Assembly (NCBI GenBank): GCA_017427285.1
Contig: JAFRTE010000020.1
Location: 30,849 to 94,848 of the forward strand
Direction of reading: 5' to 3'
Length of the DNA stretch: 64,000 nt
Origin: Clostridia bacterium
GTDB lineage: Bacteria > Bacillota > Clostridia > Oscillospirales > UBA644
Made by a program: the position numbers and the translations under genes. A model generated the notes under the pieces. That model was not told the origin of the DNA. It saw only the letters and a program-made list of their open reading frames with translations, and made no database searches. Below are positions 55,721-64,000 of this stretch, in pieces. Position 1 is the stretch's first letter. Each line of letters opens with the position of its first letter.

Positions 55721-55749
55721 ATTATATCATCCGAAAGACGATTTGTCAA
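55721..55749 (-). promoter_or_regulatory. exact-consensus sigma-70 promoter upstream of rhaB
   Basis: On the minus strand, TTGACA (55749-55744), a 17-nt spacer, then TATAAT (55726-55721). Confidence 0.75.
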
Positions 55750-55832
55750 TTATATAGACGATAAAAACGGCGAAATGTTCCCGCAACTGTTATATTGACA
55801 AACGCTTTTTCATATGTTAAAATAAAGGAAGG

Positions 55833-57047
55833 GTGATGAAAATGATTTATTCCGGTATCCTGCTGAACGGTTTGATGACCGATATCCTCGTAAAAGACGG
55901 AAAAATAAAAAAGATAGGCGATATAACCGAGCGTGATGAAATAATTGACTGCTCGGGGCTTGTTGCGCTCCCCGCGTTTACGGATCTTCACGTTCATCTC
56001 CGCGAACCGGGGTTTGAACATAAGGAAACCGTTTATACGGGTACGCTTGCCGCAAGAAACGGCGGTTTTTCCGACGTTTTTTGCATGCCGAACACAAAAC
56101 CGGTCTGCGACAATATCGAAACTGTAAAGTATATTCTTTCAAAAGAGGCGAACGTGCGCGTTCATCCTATCGGCGCTGTAACAAAGGGACAGAAATGCGA
56201 AGAGATATGCGATTTTGCCGCCTACCGCGAAGCGGGGCTTCTCGCCGTTTCCGATGACGGAATGCCCGTTCCCGACAATGAGATCCTGGAAAAAGCGATG
56301 ATCTCGGCAAGGGAAAACGGACTTCTGTTTATCTGCCACTGCGAAAACCGCTCACTTGTGACCGACAGACTCAATATCCCGTCAGCAGCGGAATACAGCG
56401 ACGTTGAAAGGGTCATTGAAATTGCCGCAAAAACGGGCGTTAAGCTGCATATAGCCCACGTAAGCACAAAAGAGAGCGTTGCGGCGGTAAGAGAAGCGAA
56501 AAAAGCGGGAATTGACATTACGGCAGAAACCTGTCCGCATTATTTTACGCTTACTGCCGACGCGGTAAAAAAATACGGCGCAAATGCTATGATGAATCCT
56601 CCGCTGAGGTTTGAAGAGGATATAGCCGCCGTAACCGAAGCTTTATGCGACGGTACTCTCGATATGATCTCTACGGACCATGCTCCGCACTCCGCAGAAG
56701 AAAAAGCCGTTGAAATGAGCAAGGCGCCTTTCGGGATAACCGGGCTTGAAACCGCGTTTCCGCTTTCGTATACATACCTTGTAAAAACGGGGATCATCAC
56801 TCTTGACGCTCTTATGTTCCTTATGAATGACGCTCCGTCAAAAAGAGCGGGAAAAGAGGTCAACGAGATAAAAGAAGGCAAGGAAGCAAATTTCATTGCC
56901 GCAGATCTAAACACGGTCTTTGTTTTTAACGCTAAAAAAAGTCTTTCAAAATCAAAAAACACGCCTTTCGACGGCACGGAGATGACGGGACGGGCGGTTT
57001 ACAGCATACTAAAAGGAGAATTATTCAAATGTCAACCGATATTTTAA
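55833..57047 (+). CDS. pyrC: dihydroorotase
   Basis: DLHVHLREPG metal-binding motif, a later TDHAPH motif, and the context with pyrF. The start is ambiguous among GTG 55833, ATG 55836 and ATG 55842. Confidence 0.85.
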   Translation: MMKMIYSGILLNGLMTDILVKDGKIKKIGDITERDEIIDCSGLVALPAFTDLHVHLREPGFEHKETVYTGTLAARNGGFSDVFCMPNTKPVCDNIETVKYILSKEANVRVHPIGAVTKGQKCEEICDFAAYREAGLLAVSDDGMPVPDNEILEKAMISARENGLLFICHCENRSLVTDRLNIPSAAEYSDVERVIEIAAKTGVKLHIAHVSTKESVAAVREAKKAGIDITAETCPHYFTLTADAVKKYGANAMMNPPLRFEEDIAAVTEALCDGTLDMISTDHAPHSAEEKAVEMSKAPFGITGLETAFPLSYTYLVKTGIITLDALMFLMNDAPSKRAGKEVNEIKEGKEANFIAADLNTVFVFNAKKSLSKSKNTPFDGTEMTGRAVYSILKGELFKCQPIF

Positions 57048-57883
57048 TAGAAAAAATAATCGAAAAGAAAAACCCCACCGTCGCCGGGCTCGACCCGCTT
57101 TGCGACTATCTGCCGCAGTCGATGCTGAGAGGAGACTCGCCGTCCGAAAAGGCGGAGGCGATACTGCAATTCAACAAAGAGCTGATAGACGCGCTTTGCG
57201 ATATCGTTCCCGCGGTAAAACCTCAGGCGGCGTATTACGAGCTTCTCGGCGCGGATGGCTACAAAGCTTTCTGCGAAACGGTTAAATACGCTAAAAGCAA
57301 AGGACTTTACGTTATTTCCGACGGCAAAAGAAACGATATAGGTTCGACGGCGTCGGCATATTCAAAAGGTTTTTTTGACTGCATAGGCACGGATGCGCTT
57401 ACGGTAAACGCATATCTCGGCTTTGACGGCGTAGAGCCGTTTCTCGTTGAAGGAAAGGCGATATATATACTTGTCAAAACGTCAAACAGGGGCAGCGGAC
57501 AGCTTCAGGATCTCGAGCTTGAAAACGGAAAAAAGGTTTATGAACATATGGGCGATCTCGTTGCCGAATGGGGCGAAAAATCCGTCGGAAAACACGGATA
57601 TTCAGACGTCGGAGCCGTTGTAGGGGCAACGTATCCCGAACAGCTCGCCGCTTTGCGCGAAAGACTTCCGCATACGTTTTTCCTCGTTCCCGGCTACGGA
57701 GCGCAGGGAGGGGGAGCAAAGGACGTTGCGGGAGCTTTCAGAAACGGACTTGGCGCAATAGTCAATTCGTCAAGAGGCATAATGTGCGCATATAAAAAGC
57801 AGGGACTTCCCACCGAAAAGTTTGCGGAGGCGGCAAGGACGGAAGCGATAAGAATGCGCGACGAAATTATGGGCGAGATATAA
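57029..57883 (+). CDS. pyrF: orotidine 5'-phosphate decarboxylase (long, type 2)
   Basis: VAGLDP, KPQAAYYE and DGKRNDIGST motifs. AAAGGAG RBS inside the pyrC 3' end. Confidence 0.85.
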   Translation: MSTDILIEKIIEKKNPTVAGLDPLCDYLPQSMLRGDSPSEKAEAILQFNKELIDALCDIVPAVKPQAAYYELLGADGYKAFCETVKYAKSKGLYVISDGKRNDIGSTASAYSKGFFDCIGTDALTVNAYLGFDGVEPFLVEGKAIYILVKTSNRGSGQLQDLELENGKKVYEHMGDLVAEWGEKSVGKHGYSDVGAVVGATYPEQLAALRERLPHTFFLVPGYGAQGGGAKDVAGAFRNGLGAIVNSSRGIMCAYKKQGLPTEKFAEAARTEAIRMRDEIMGEI

Positions 57884-57913
57884 AACTGTTTATCCTCATA
57901 ACAGCATAAGAAA

Positions 57914-57950
57914 GAACAGACTGAAAAAAATCAGTCTGTTCCTTTTTATC
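57914..57950. terminator. bidirectional terminator between pyrF and htrA
   Basis: 11-bp stem GAACAGACTGA/TCAGTCTGTTC followed by CTTTTT. Confidence 0.8.
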
Positions 57951-57970
57951 TGCGTGTTTTTTTTCTTTTA

Positions 57971-59359
57971 TCAGCCGACCGAAGGCGCCTGCAAAACGAC
58001 CTTTGTTACAACAACGTCAACGTCGCGCAGAAGAGTCAGTTCGACCTCTTCGCCTATTTCGCACTTGCCGAGCTTTGATATAAGTTCGTCAATGGATCTT
58101 ACTCTTTCGCCGTTGAGTTTTGTAATGATATCGCCTATCTGAATATCCGCTTGTTCGGCAGCTCCGCCGGGAATGATTTCGGCAACATATATGCCGCCTA
58201 TCATTTCATCGGTCGCGCCTTTGATGCCTATCTGCGGACGCTGGACCTTGCCCTCGTTGATTATCTGCTCAACTACGGGAAGTGCCGCCTCGATCTGAAC
58301 TGCAAAGCCGATATCTTCGTATGTTTCGTAATAATCCGTCATGATTTTAACGGAATTTATGCCTACGACCTGTCCGTACATATTAACAAGCGGACCGCCC
58401 GAGTTTCCGGGGTTGATCGTTGCGGAATGCTGAATAAGATCGAGCGTAAGCCCGAGATCGTCAAGCTTGTATGCGTCTCTTCTGGAGGATACTATGCCTT
58501 CCGTAATGGTATATGCGAGATCGCGCTGATACGGAGTGCCTATCGCAACTACCTGTTCGCCCGGAACGAGCTTGTGAGACTCGCCAAATTCCGCTGCCGG
58601 CAGACCCTGAAGGTCAACTTTCAGCACGCCTATATCCGTATAGGTGTCAAATCCGATAACTTCTGCGGGATATGCTGTTTTGTCGTCTCCGTAAAGGTAT
58701 ACCGAAACGCTTGTTGCGTCGTCTATAACGTGAGCGCAGGTGATTATATATCCGTCTTCCGTGAAAATAACGCCCGTGCCGAGACTTCCGCCCTCCGCGG
58801 ATTTCGTGAGAATTACAACAACGCTTTTATTTACCTTTTCGGCAACTCCGGGAACGTCAAGTCTGCCTTCGGCGGTGTTTTGCGAGGCGGGAACGTAATC
58901 GGGAGTTGTGACCGTTACTATCCTCGTTGTCTGTTCAGTTGCCGGAGCGACTGATTTTTCGGCGTTTGCTCTTCCGAAAAGAGTGCCGACAGCAAAGGAC
59001 GACGTCATTATGCAGATCGCGGCAAGGACCGCCGTTGCGGCTATCCAGAAGCTCTTTCCGCTTTTCTTCTTTTTCTGTTCGGGGGCCTGAGTATATACGG
59101 GCACCGACGAATAATAAGAAGGCGCTTCGTATCTCGGCGCGTAATAACCGTTTTGCTGCGGCTGAGAATACTGCGGCTGCTGCTGATAAACGGCTTCCGC
59201 TGTCTCCTCCGCTTTATCCGCCGTTTCTTCCGTGATTTCGGCGGTATCTTCAATAAAGTCCGCCTCGATCTCCTCGTTTGCCTCGGCTTCGCCGGCAGAG
59301 GTTTCTTCGGTGTTTGTCTGTTCGGTTTCGTTTATTTCGTTTGTGTCTTCATAATCCAT
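57971..59359 (-). CDS. htrA: HtrA/DegP-family serine protease with PDZ domain
   Basis: Catalytic motifs TCAHV, TDIGVLK and GNSGGPL, with a C-terminal PDZ (GDIITKLNG). There is an acidic/Gln-rich N-terminal tail followed by a TM helix. Confidence 0.85.
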   Translation of the reverse strand: MDYEDTNEINETEQTNTEETSAGEAEANEEIEADFIEDTAEITEETADKAEETAEAVYQQQPQYSQPQQNGYYAPRYEAPSYYSSVPVYTQAPEQKKKKSGKSFWIAATAVLAAICIMTSSFAVGTLFGRANAEKSVAPATEQTTRIVTVTTPDYVPASQNTAEGRLDVPGVAEKVNKSVVVILTKSAEGGSLGTGVIFTEDGYIITCAHVIDDATSVSVYLYGDDKTAYPAEVIGFDTYTDIGVLKVDLQGLPAAEFGESHKLVPGEQVVAIGTPYQRDLAYTITEGIVSSRRDAYKLDDLGLTLDLIQHSATINPGNSGGPLVNMYGQVVGINSVKIMTDYYETYEDIGFAVQIEAALPVVEQIINEGKVQRPQIGIKGATDEMIGGIYVAEIIPGGAAEQADIQIGDIITKLNGERVRSIDELISKLGKCEIGEEVELTLLRDVDVVVTKVVLQAPSVG

Positions 59360-59440
59360 AACATAAAACCTCCTGTTCGGTATTTACACGGTAATTATAA
59401 CCCGTTTTTTTGTTTTGCGGGTGACGCATCTGTGGCAGGA

Positions 59441-59983
59441 TTACGGGAAAATTGTATACATAAATACGTCGGAAAGCTTCGATCTGTCAACGTTCAGTCT
59501 TACGTATTTTTCAAGCAGCGCCTCTTTTTTCATCCCCGCTTTTTCGAGCACTTTTACGGACGGAGCGTTTTCAACTGCGCAAAGAGATTGGATACGTTCA
59601 AAGCCGAGGGACGAAAAACCGTAGTCTATCATCGCCTTTGCCGCTTCGGTGGCGTAGCCCAAATTCCTGTATTTTTTTACGATCCAGAATCCCAGATCGG
59701 CGCGCGCGTGAAGAGGATATATATCGTGAAAGGATATCATGCCAACGGGAGCTTTATCCGAGCGGCGTTCGACGGTCCAGTCAAAATAAATGCCTTTTTC
59801 GTATTTTTTAAAGATGTTTGCGAGAAAATCCTGAGTGTCTTCATACGTCCTGTGCGGCTCCCAGAATTCGTAGCGGGAAGTTTCGGGGTCTGAAAGAGTG
59901 TTGTAAAAAACAACGTCCTCCGGCTTTACCCTGCGCATAACGAGATTTAATGTTTTAATTTCGGGAAATGCGCTTCTGAACAT
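59441..59983 (-). CDS. GNAT family N-acetyltransferase (RimJ/RimL-like)
   Basis: GFWIVKKYRNLGYATEA acetyl-CoA binding region. The start is set at ATG 59983 (MFRSAFPEIKT). Confidence 0.7.
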   Translation of the reverse strand: MFRSAFPEIKTLNLVMRRVKPEDVVFYNTLSDPETSRYEFWEPHRTYEDTQDFLANIFKKYEKGIYFDWTVERRSDKAPVGMISFHDIYPLHARADLGFWIVKKYRNLGYATEAAKAMIDYGFSSLGFERIQSLCAVENAPSVKVLEKAGMKKEALLEKYVRLNVDRSKLSDVFMYTIFP

Positions 59984-59994
59984 TTTTGAACCTT

Positions 59995-60624
59995 CTATTC
60001 TTCTTTCATTTTTCCCACGATCAGCTCTTTTGCATACGGCAGAGTTTCTATCCACGCCGCATATTCGTGCCATTCGTCGAGCTTGTGATTTTTTCTCAGG
60101 GCGTACATGCCGATAAGATTTTCGTAATTCATCGTGCAGGTTCGCATCTGATTATAGCTTGACGGCAAAAACTGAATTATATCGTACCAGTATTTTTTAT
60201 CTTTGTTTTCGAGATATTTAAGACGCAGTTTTTCGAGATATTCAATGTTTCTGTCAAGCATTTCAAGCGTTTCGGGGGTCATTTTGTCGTGGGAAAAATC
60301 GTCCCGCGAAAACTCTTTTGAATGTATTTTATGCATTGTGCTCGTTGAATTTGCAACGGTGCCTACTTTATACGTGTCAAACTCCTTCCACCAGTAAAGC
60401 GGTGCGGTTATATCGACCGAAACGAATACCTGCCGCAGAAATTTTCTGTGTGTGCTGCCCGCGGAAGCGAGACGGACCGCAAAATCAAGGTCTGCGGGAC
60501 CTAAAACGAATTTGCCCGACTCATCGTAATAGCTGTCGCTTTTCGCCCAGCTGTTCATCGGATTTCTTGCGCCTCTTACGGCGTTGTCAAAATTCATTAC
60601 GGATGTTCTTTCAAGCTTTATCAT
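59995..60624 (-). CDS. ThyX-fold (Thy1-like) protein lacking the canonical RHR motif
   Basis: My by-eye alignment to T. maritima ThyX matches AVRGAR, the beta-strand FVSVDITAPLYWWKEF, and ALRKNHKLDEW. At the RHR..S position it reads FDTYKVGTVANSTS. Confidence 0.5.
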   Translation of the reverse strand: MIKLERTSVMNFDNAVRGARNPMNSWAKSDSYYDESGKFVLGPADLDFAVRLASAGSTHRKFLRQVFVSVDITAPLYWWKEFDTYKVGTVANSTSTMHKIHSKEFSRDDFSHDKMTPETLEMLDRNIEYLEKLRLKYLENKDKKYWYDIIQFLPSSYNQMRTCTMNYENLIGMYALRKNHKLDEWHEYAAWIETLPYAKELIVGKMKEE

Positions 60625-63600
60625 TTTCTTTTCCTCCGTTTAATTCGATTTTAATTGCCTGTGAAAGATAAAAAGACCACAGATATATTTCTTTTACGGG
60701 CTTTGCAAAGCTCTTCTCGGCAGCAAAGGCGTAATATTCAAGCTGTTTTTTATATCGGTTTATCAGCTCTTCGCGCGGCGCTCTGTCGGTTTTGTAATCT
60801 ATGATCATCAGTCCGTCGATATATTCGCAAAGCACGTCTATAGCGCCCTGAAGTATGATCTCGCCGTTTTCGTCCGCATCGGCAGAATATTCTTTTGCGG
60901 GGATACGTGCAACGAAATATTCTTCTTTTCTTATTATTTCGGCGGACATCATTTTTGCGTAAAGCTCGCTTTTTGCAAACGCCTCGGCCTTGTTTCTGTT
61001 TTTGCGTATCACGTCCGCCTGATTATCGGCGATAAACTTTTCGTTAATAAGCCGTGAAAGCTCATCGTCAAACGGCAGCGAAAGATCCGCAAGCGAGAAA
61101 AACAGGTGGATCGCCGTACCCGCCTGCGCACCGGTAAGCTCCCCGCTTTCCGTCATGAATTTCGGCGGACGCATATCGCTTCCTCCTTCCGACGGCAGTT
61201 TTATAAGCTCTTCGCTGTCTTCGGAGGCAAGTTTGTTTTTAACAAGCTCCGTAACGCTTATTTTTGCGGGGATACGGGCGGTTCTTTCTGCTGGGGTGCA
61301 TCTGCGGCGTATTTCTTCGGGAGTGATCGGAATGTCGATCTCCTCTTCGCCGTGATCCTCCTGCGTAAATTCGGGAAGATCCTCGTTTATAAAAACGTCA
61401 ATCTTTTCGCGTCTGTTTTCTGTAACGTCCGAAAAATCCGTGATCAGTCCTTCGCACATCGGATGGCAAGTCAAACAGCTCAAAAGCAGTTCTTCGGGCT
61501 TTGACGCGTCAAATGTCTTTAACGGACTGACCTTGCCGTTTTCACAAAAAAGAGATTCGGAAAGAAAAAGGGTTTCATCGTATTTTTTTCCGCCCGAAAC
61601 GAGAATAAGCTTTTCTTTTGCGCGGGTAAACGCAACGTATAAAATCCTGAGCGTTTCTGAAAGCTCTTTTCTCTTTTTTTTGCGAGAAACAAGCTCGCGC
61701 ATGAAGGTCGTTTGCTCAAAAACCATTTCCTTATCGCGCATTTTTGTGGCAATTCCGGCTCCGATATCTATAATGAGCGGAGAGGTGAGCGATCTGTAAT
61801 TAAAGCTTTTGTTGAGCTGCGGCAGCAGGACTATCGGGAATTCGAGCCCTTTCGAGGCGTGAACGGTCATTATTTTAACGAAATTGCCCGACGGCATACC
61901 CTCGTTTGTTTTTACGCTTCCCGTTTCAACTGCATTTTCGGTAAATTTGATAAATTCGTAGAGCGTTCCGCCCTTGCTTTCCGAAAACGAGCGCGCAAAA
62001 GCGTAAAACATATCCAGTCTTTCTTTTTTAAGATAACCGAGCGGCATCGTTGACACGAAAGACGGGTAACCGGTGCGGTCGTAGATTTCGAGCACAAGAC
62101 TGTGGACGGGAAGATTCCTCGCAAGAAGGCGCATTTTTGAAAAGAATGAAAGAAATTCCGCGGCGTGGGCGTTTTCTTCCGCCGCCTTTAAAAGATTGGC
62201 GTAAAGCGGCGCGGATTTATCCCTCAAGCGGATTTTTGCGTTTTCTTCCGCGGAAAAACCGCCTATCGGGGAAAACATCGTCGCAAAAAGCGAAAGATCG
62301 TCGTATGGATCGTCTATCGCTTTCATAAAGGCGAATACGGTCGAAGTTTCTGGCGCGTCAAGAAACGTTCCTCCGCCCGAGCCGTAGCAAGGCACACCTT
62401 CTTCGAAAAATATACGTTCATAGTCCGCGAGGTTTGCGCGGTCGCGGATAATTATTGCAAAATCGGAAAAATCGGCTCGCCTTTCGGGAAACGAGAGAGT
62501 AACCCCGTCCCTTATCATCCGTTTTATCTTTCTTGCGCAGAATCTCGCCTGCGTTTCATAATTGCTCTCGTCTTCGCTGTCTTTGAGAAGGTGAAGCTCA
62601 ACGTCCGCTCCGTCGTTTTCCGGATATTCCGCCCCGGGGTTGAGCGCCTCGCTCTCGCCGTATTCCATTCCTCCCGTGCGAAGGGAAAAAAGACGTTCGA
62701 AAACAAAATTGCAGAAATCAAGGATCCCTTTGCGGCTCCTGAAATTCTTATTAAGATAAATAACGGGGAAAACACCGAGCTTTGCCGCAAAATTTTCGGG
62801 GTTTGCCTGGCGGAACATATAAATGCTCTGCTTTATATCTCCGACCGCGAAGCAGTTGTTTTGCGATACGGAAGCAAAAAAGCATTCCTGCAAATCGTTT
62901 ACGTCCTGATATTCGTCTATAAGTATTTCGTCGAAAGACTCCGCAAGCTTTTTTGCGTATTCCGTGCGTTCCGGTATTCCGTTTTCGTCTCTTTTAACGG
63001 TGAGTTCGAGCGCAAAATGCGCGATAGCGTCAAATGAATATGCGTTTCTGCGTTTCATTTCGCCGTTAACGAGCGAAATATATTCGAGAGTTATATCTAT
63101 CAGCGCAAAAACTCCCTGCTTGACCTCGTCAAGGTCTGAGCGGAGTGTATCGCCGGACATCGAAAAGATCGGCTTTGCCAGAAAGTTTTTTAACCTGTTT
63201 CGGTACGTTTTGTATTTCTGCTTCGTTCTGTCGTCTGCGGAACACGGAGGACTTGTTTTGAAGGCAAATCCGTTTATTTTTCTCTGCGCCCCGTCCCAGT
63301 CGTTTTTTTCAAGCAGGGAAACTACTCCCGAAAGAAAATCCGCCTCTTCTTCCACGGTTTCCGCGCCTTTTTCGGTGAACGGATCTTCATTTACGATTTC
63401 TTTGTATATTCCGAGATATTCTTTAAAATCGGGCAGGAATTCGGCGCATGCTTCGCAAAGCCATTTTTCGGGATCTGAATATTCCGCTTTCTGCCCTTCC
63501 GCCCAGTTTTCGGGGAACGGGAGCGACTGTAAAAAAGAATAAAGAGCGTTTATCTGCTTTGAAAGCTCTTCGTTTTCGCCTTCTCCTCCGAAAAGGCGCA

Positions 63601-64000
63601 GCAACTCCGCAAAACCTTCGGGGAAGTCTTTATAGCGCTTTTCGAGGATCGAGCTTAAAACGTCCGATTTAATAAAACCGTATTCGGCGTCGTCAAGCAT
63701 GCGAAAATCGGGTGAGATACCGAGCGTTTTGAAATTTTCGCGGACTATTTCCCCGAAAAAACTGTCTATCGTTGAAATCCTGGCTTTGTAAAGCAGCAGC
63801 TTCTGGCGGCGGAGAGCTTCTTTGTTTTCAAAATCTGCTTCTGATAAAAGCTTGCCTATTCTTTCGCGCATTTCGCTTGCCGCAAGGCGCGTGAAGGTAA
63901 CTACGAGCAGTCTGTCGAGACTTCCGCCCGCAGCGGCATACTCAACCACTCTGTTTGTAAGCACCGCGGTCTTTCCCGATCCCGCAGCCGCACTTACAAG
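60611..64000 (-). CDS. addA: ATP-dependent helicase/nuclease subunit A (AddA), 5'-truncated by the window edge
   Basis: UvrD-like helicase motifs: a Walker A AAGSGKT can be read at 63970-64000 beyond the track ORF, and DEYQD is present. The C-terminal RecB-type nuclease motif is IIDYKTD. The reading frame stays open to the window end. Confidence 0.85.
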   Translation of the reverse strand, partial: LVSAAAGSGKTAVLTNRVVEYAAAGGSLDRLLVVTFTRLAASEMRERIGKLLSEADFENKEALRRQKLLLYKARISTIDSFFGEIVRENFKTLGISPDFRMLDDAEYGFIKSDVLSSILEKRYKDFPEGFAELLRLFGGEGENEELSKQINALYSFLQSLPFPENWAEGQKAEYSDPEKWLCEACAEFLPDFKEYLGIYKEIVNEDPFTEKGAETVEEEADFLSGVVSLLEKNDWDGAQRKINGFAFKTSPPCSADDRTKQKYKTYRNRLKNFLAKPIFSMSGDTLRSDLDEVKQGVFALIDITLEYISLVNGEMKRRNAYSFDAIAHFALELTVKRDENGIPERTEYAKKLAESFDEILIDEYQDVNDLQECFFASVSQNNCFAVGDIKQSIYMFRQANPENFAAKLGVFPVIYLNKNFRSRKGILDFCNFVFERLFSLRTGGMEYGESEALNPGAEYPENDGADVELHLLKDSEDESNYETQARFCARKIKRMIRDGVTLSFPERRADFSDFAIIIRDRANLADYERIFFEEGVPCYGSGGGTFLDAPETSTVFAFMKAIDDPYDDLSLFATMFSPIGGFSAEENAKIRLRDKSAPLYANLLKAAEENAHAAEFLSFFSKMRLLARNLPVHSLVLEIYDRTGYPSFVSTMPLGYLKKERLDMFYAFARSFSESKGGTLYEFIKFTENAVETGSVKTNEGMPSGNFVKIMTVHASKGLEFPIVLLPQLNKSFNYRSLTSPLIIDIGAGIATKMRDKEMVFEQTTFMRELVSRKKKRKELSETLRILYVAFTRAKEKLILVSGGKKYDETLFLSESLFCENGKVSPLKTFDASKPEELLLSCLTCHPMCEGLITDFSDVTENRREKIDVFINEDLPEFTQEDHGEEEIDIPITPEEIRRRCTPAERTARIPAKISVTELVKNKLASEDSEELIKLPSEGGSDMRPPKFMTESGELTGAQAGTAIHLFFSLADLSLPFDDELSRLINEKFIADNQADVIRKNRNKAEAFAKSELYAKMMSAEIIRKEEYFVARIPAKEYSADADENGEIILQGAIDVLCEYIDGLMIIDYKTDRAPREELINRYKKQLEYYAFAAEKSFAKPVKEIYLWSFYLSQAIKIELNGGKENDKA

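Noticed and set aside
55795-55823. TTGACA-17-TAAAAT promoter for pyrC
   Set aside because: The hexamers and spacing are good. However, the -10 ends only about 10 nt before the candidate start codons, so the predicted transcript would lack most of the AAGGAAGGG RBS. I did not list it as a feature. It may instead indicate a near-leaderless mRNA or a different start.

Overview
This 64-kb window looks like core chromosome of an anaerobic Firmicutes/Bacillota organism of Clostridia type. That assignment is an inference from gene content, GGAGG-type ribosome-binding sites and AddA-type recombination. I can support about 58 protein-coding genes, one tRNA, and several promoters and terminators. No rRNA, CRISPR array, transposase, integrase or prophage genes are visible. 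Main blocks, in order: (1) a proteostasis cluster tig-clpP-clpX-PHP hydrolase-lon; (2) a ribosome and cell-envelope housekeeping run (yraN, rnhB, rbgA, lepB, rplS); (3) a two-component system, ygiQ, ftsK, zapA and a U32 peptidase; (4) dut, rpiB, tsaB and tsaE; (5) cell-wall and carbohydrate-related genes (VanY-like, CBM9-like, a large transglutaminase-like protein); (6) an oxidative-stress set (an unlisted rubredoxin, a four-domain flavodiiron protein, OhrR with glutathione peroxidase, rubrerythrin); (7) an ABC exporter pair; (8) pyrC-pyrF, htrA and the 3' part of addA. The most unusual locus is 40.0-40.6 kb. A promoter-driven tRNA-Ser(UGA) is followed by two nearly identical 190-bp tandem units. 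Each unit ends in an exact copy of the tRNA 3' end (starting inside the T-loop) plus its terminator hairpin, and no gene lies between them. This resembles att-site repeats flanking integrase-less mini-elements, or a tRNA-derived structured RNA family. Next to it lies an operon of a membrane protein plus two translationally coupled MutS-domain-V-only ATPase paralogs with altered Walker B motifs; its function is unknown. Other items worth a second look: a ThyX-fold protein lacking the RHR motif, an OhrR operator controlling gpx, a lipoprotein trigger-factor paralog, and a secreted aromatic-repeat protein. All calls rest on reading the sequence and ORF translations by eye. No database searches were run.
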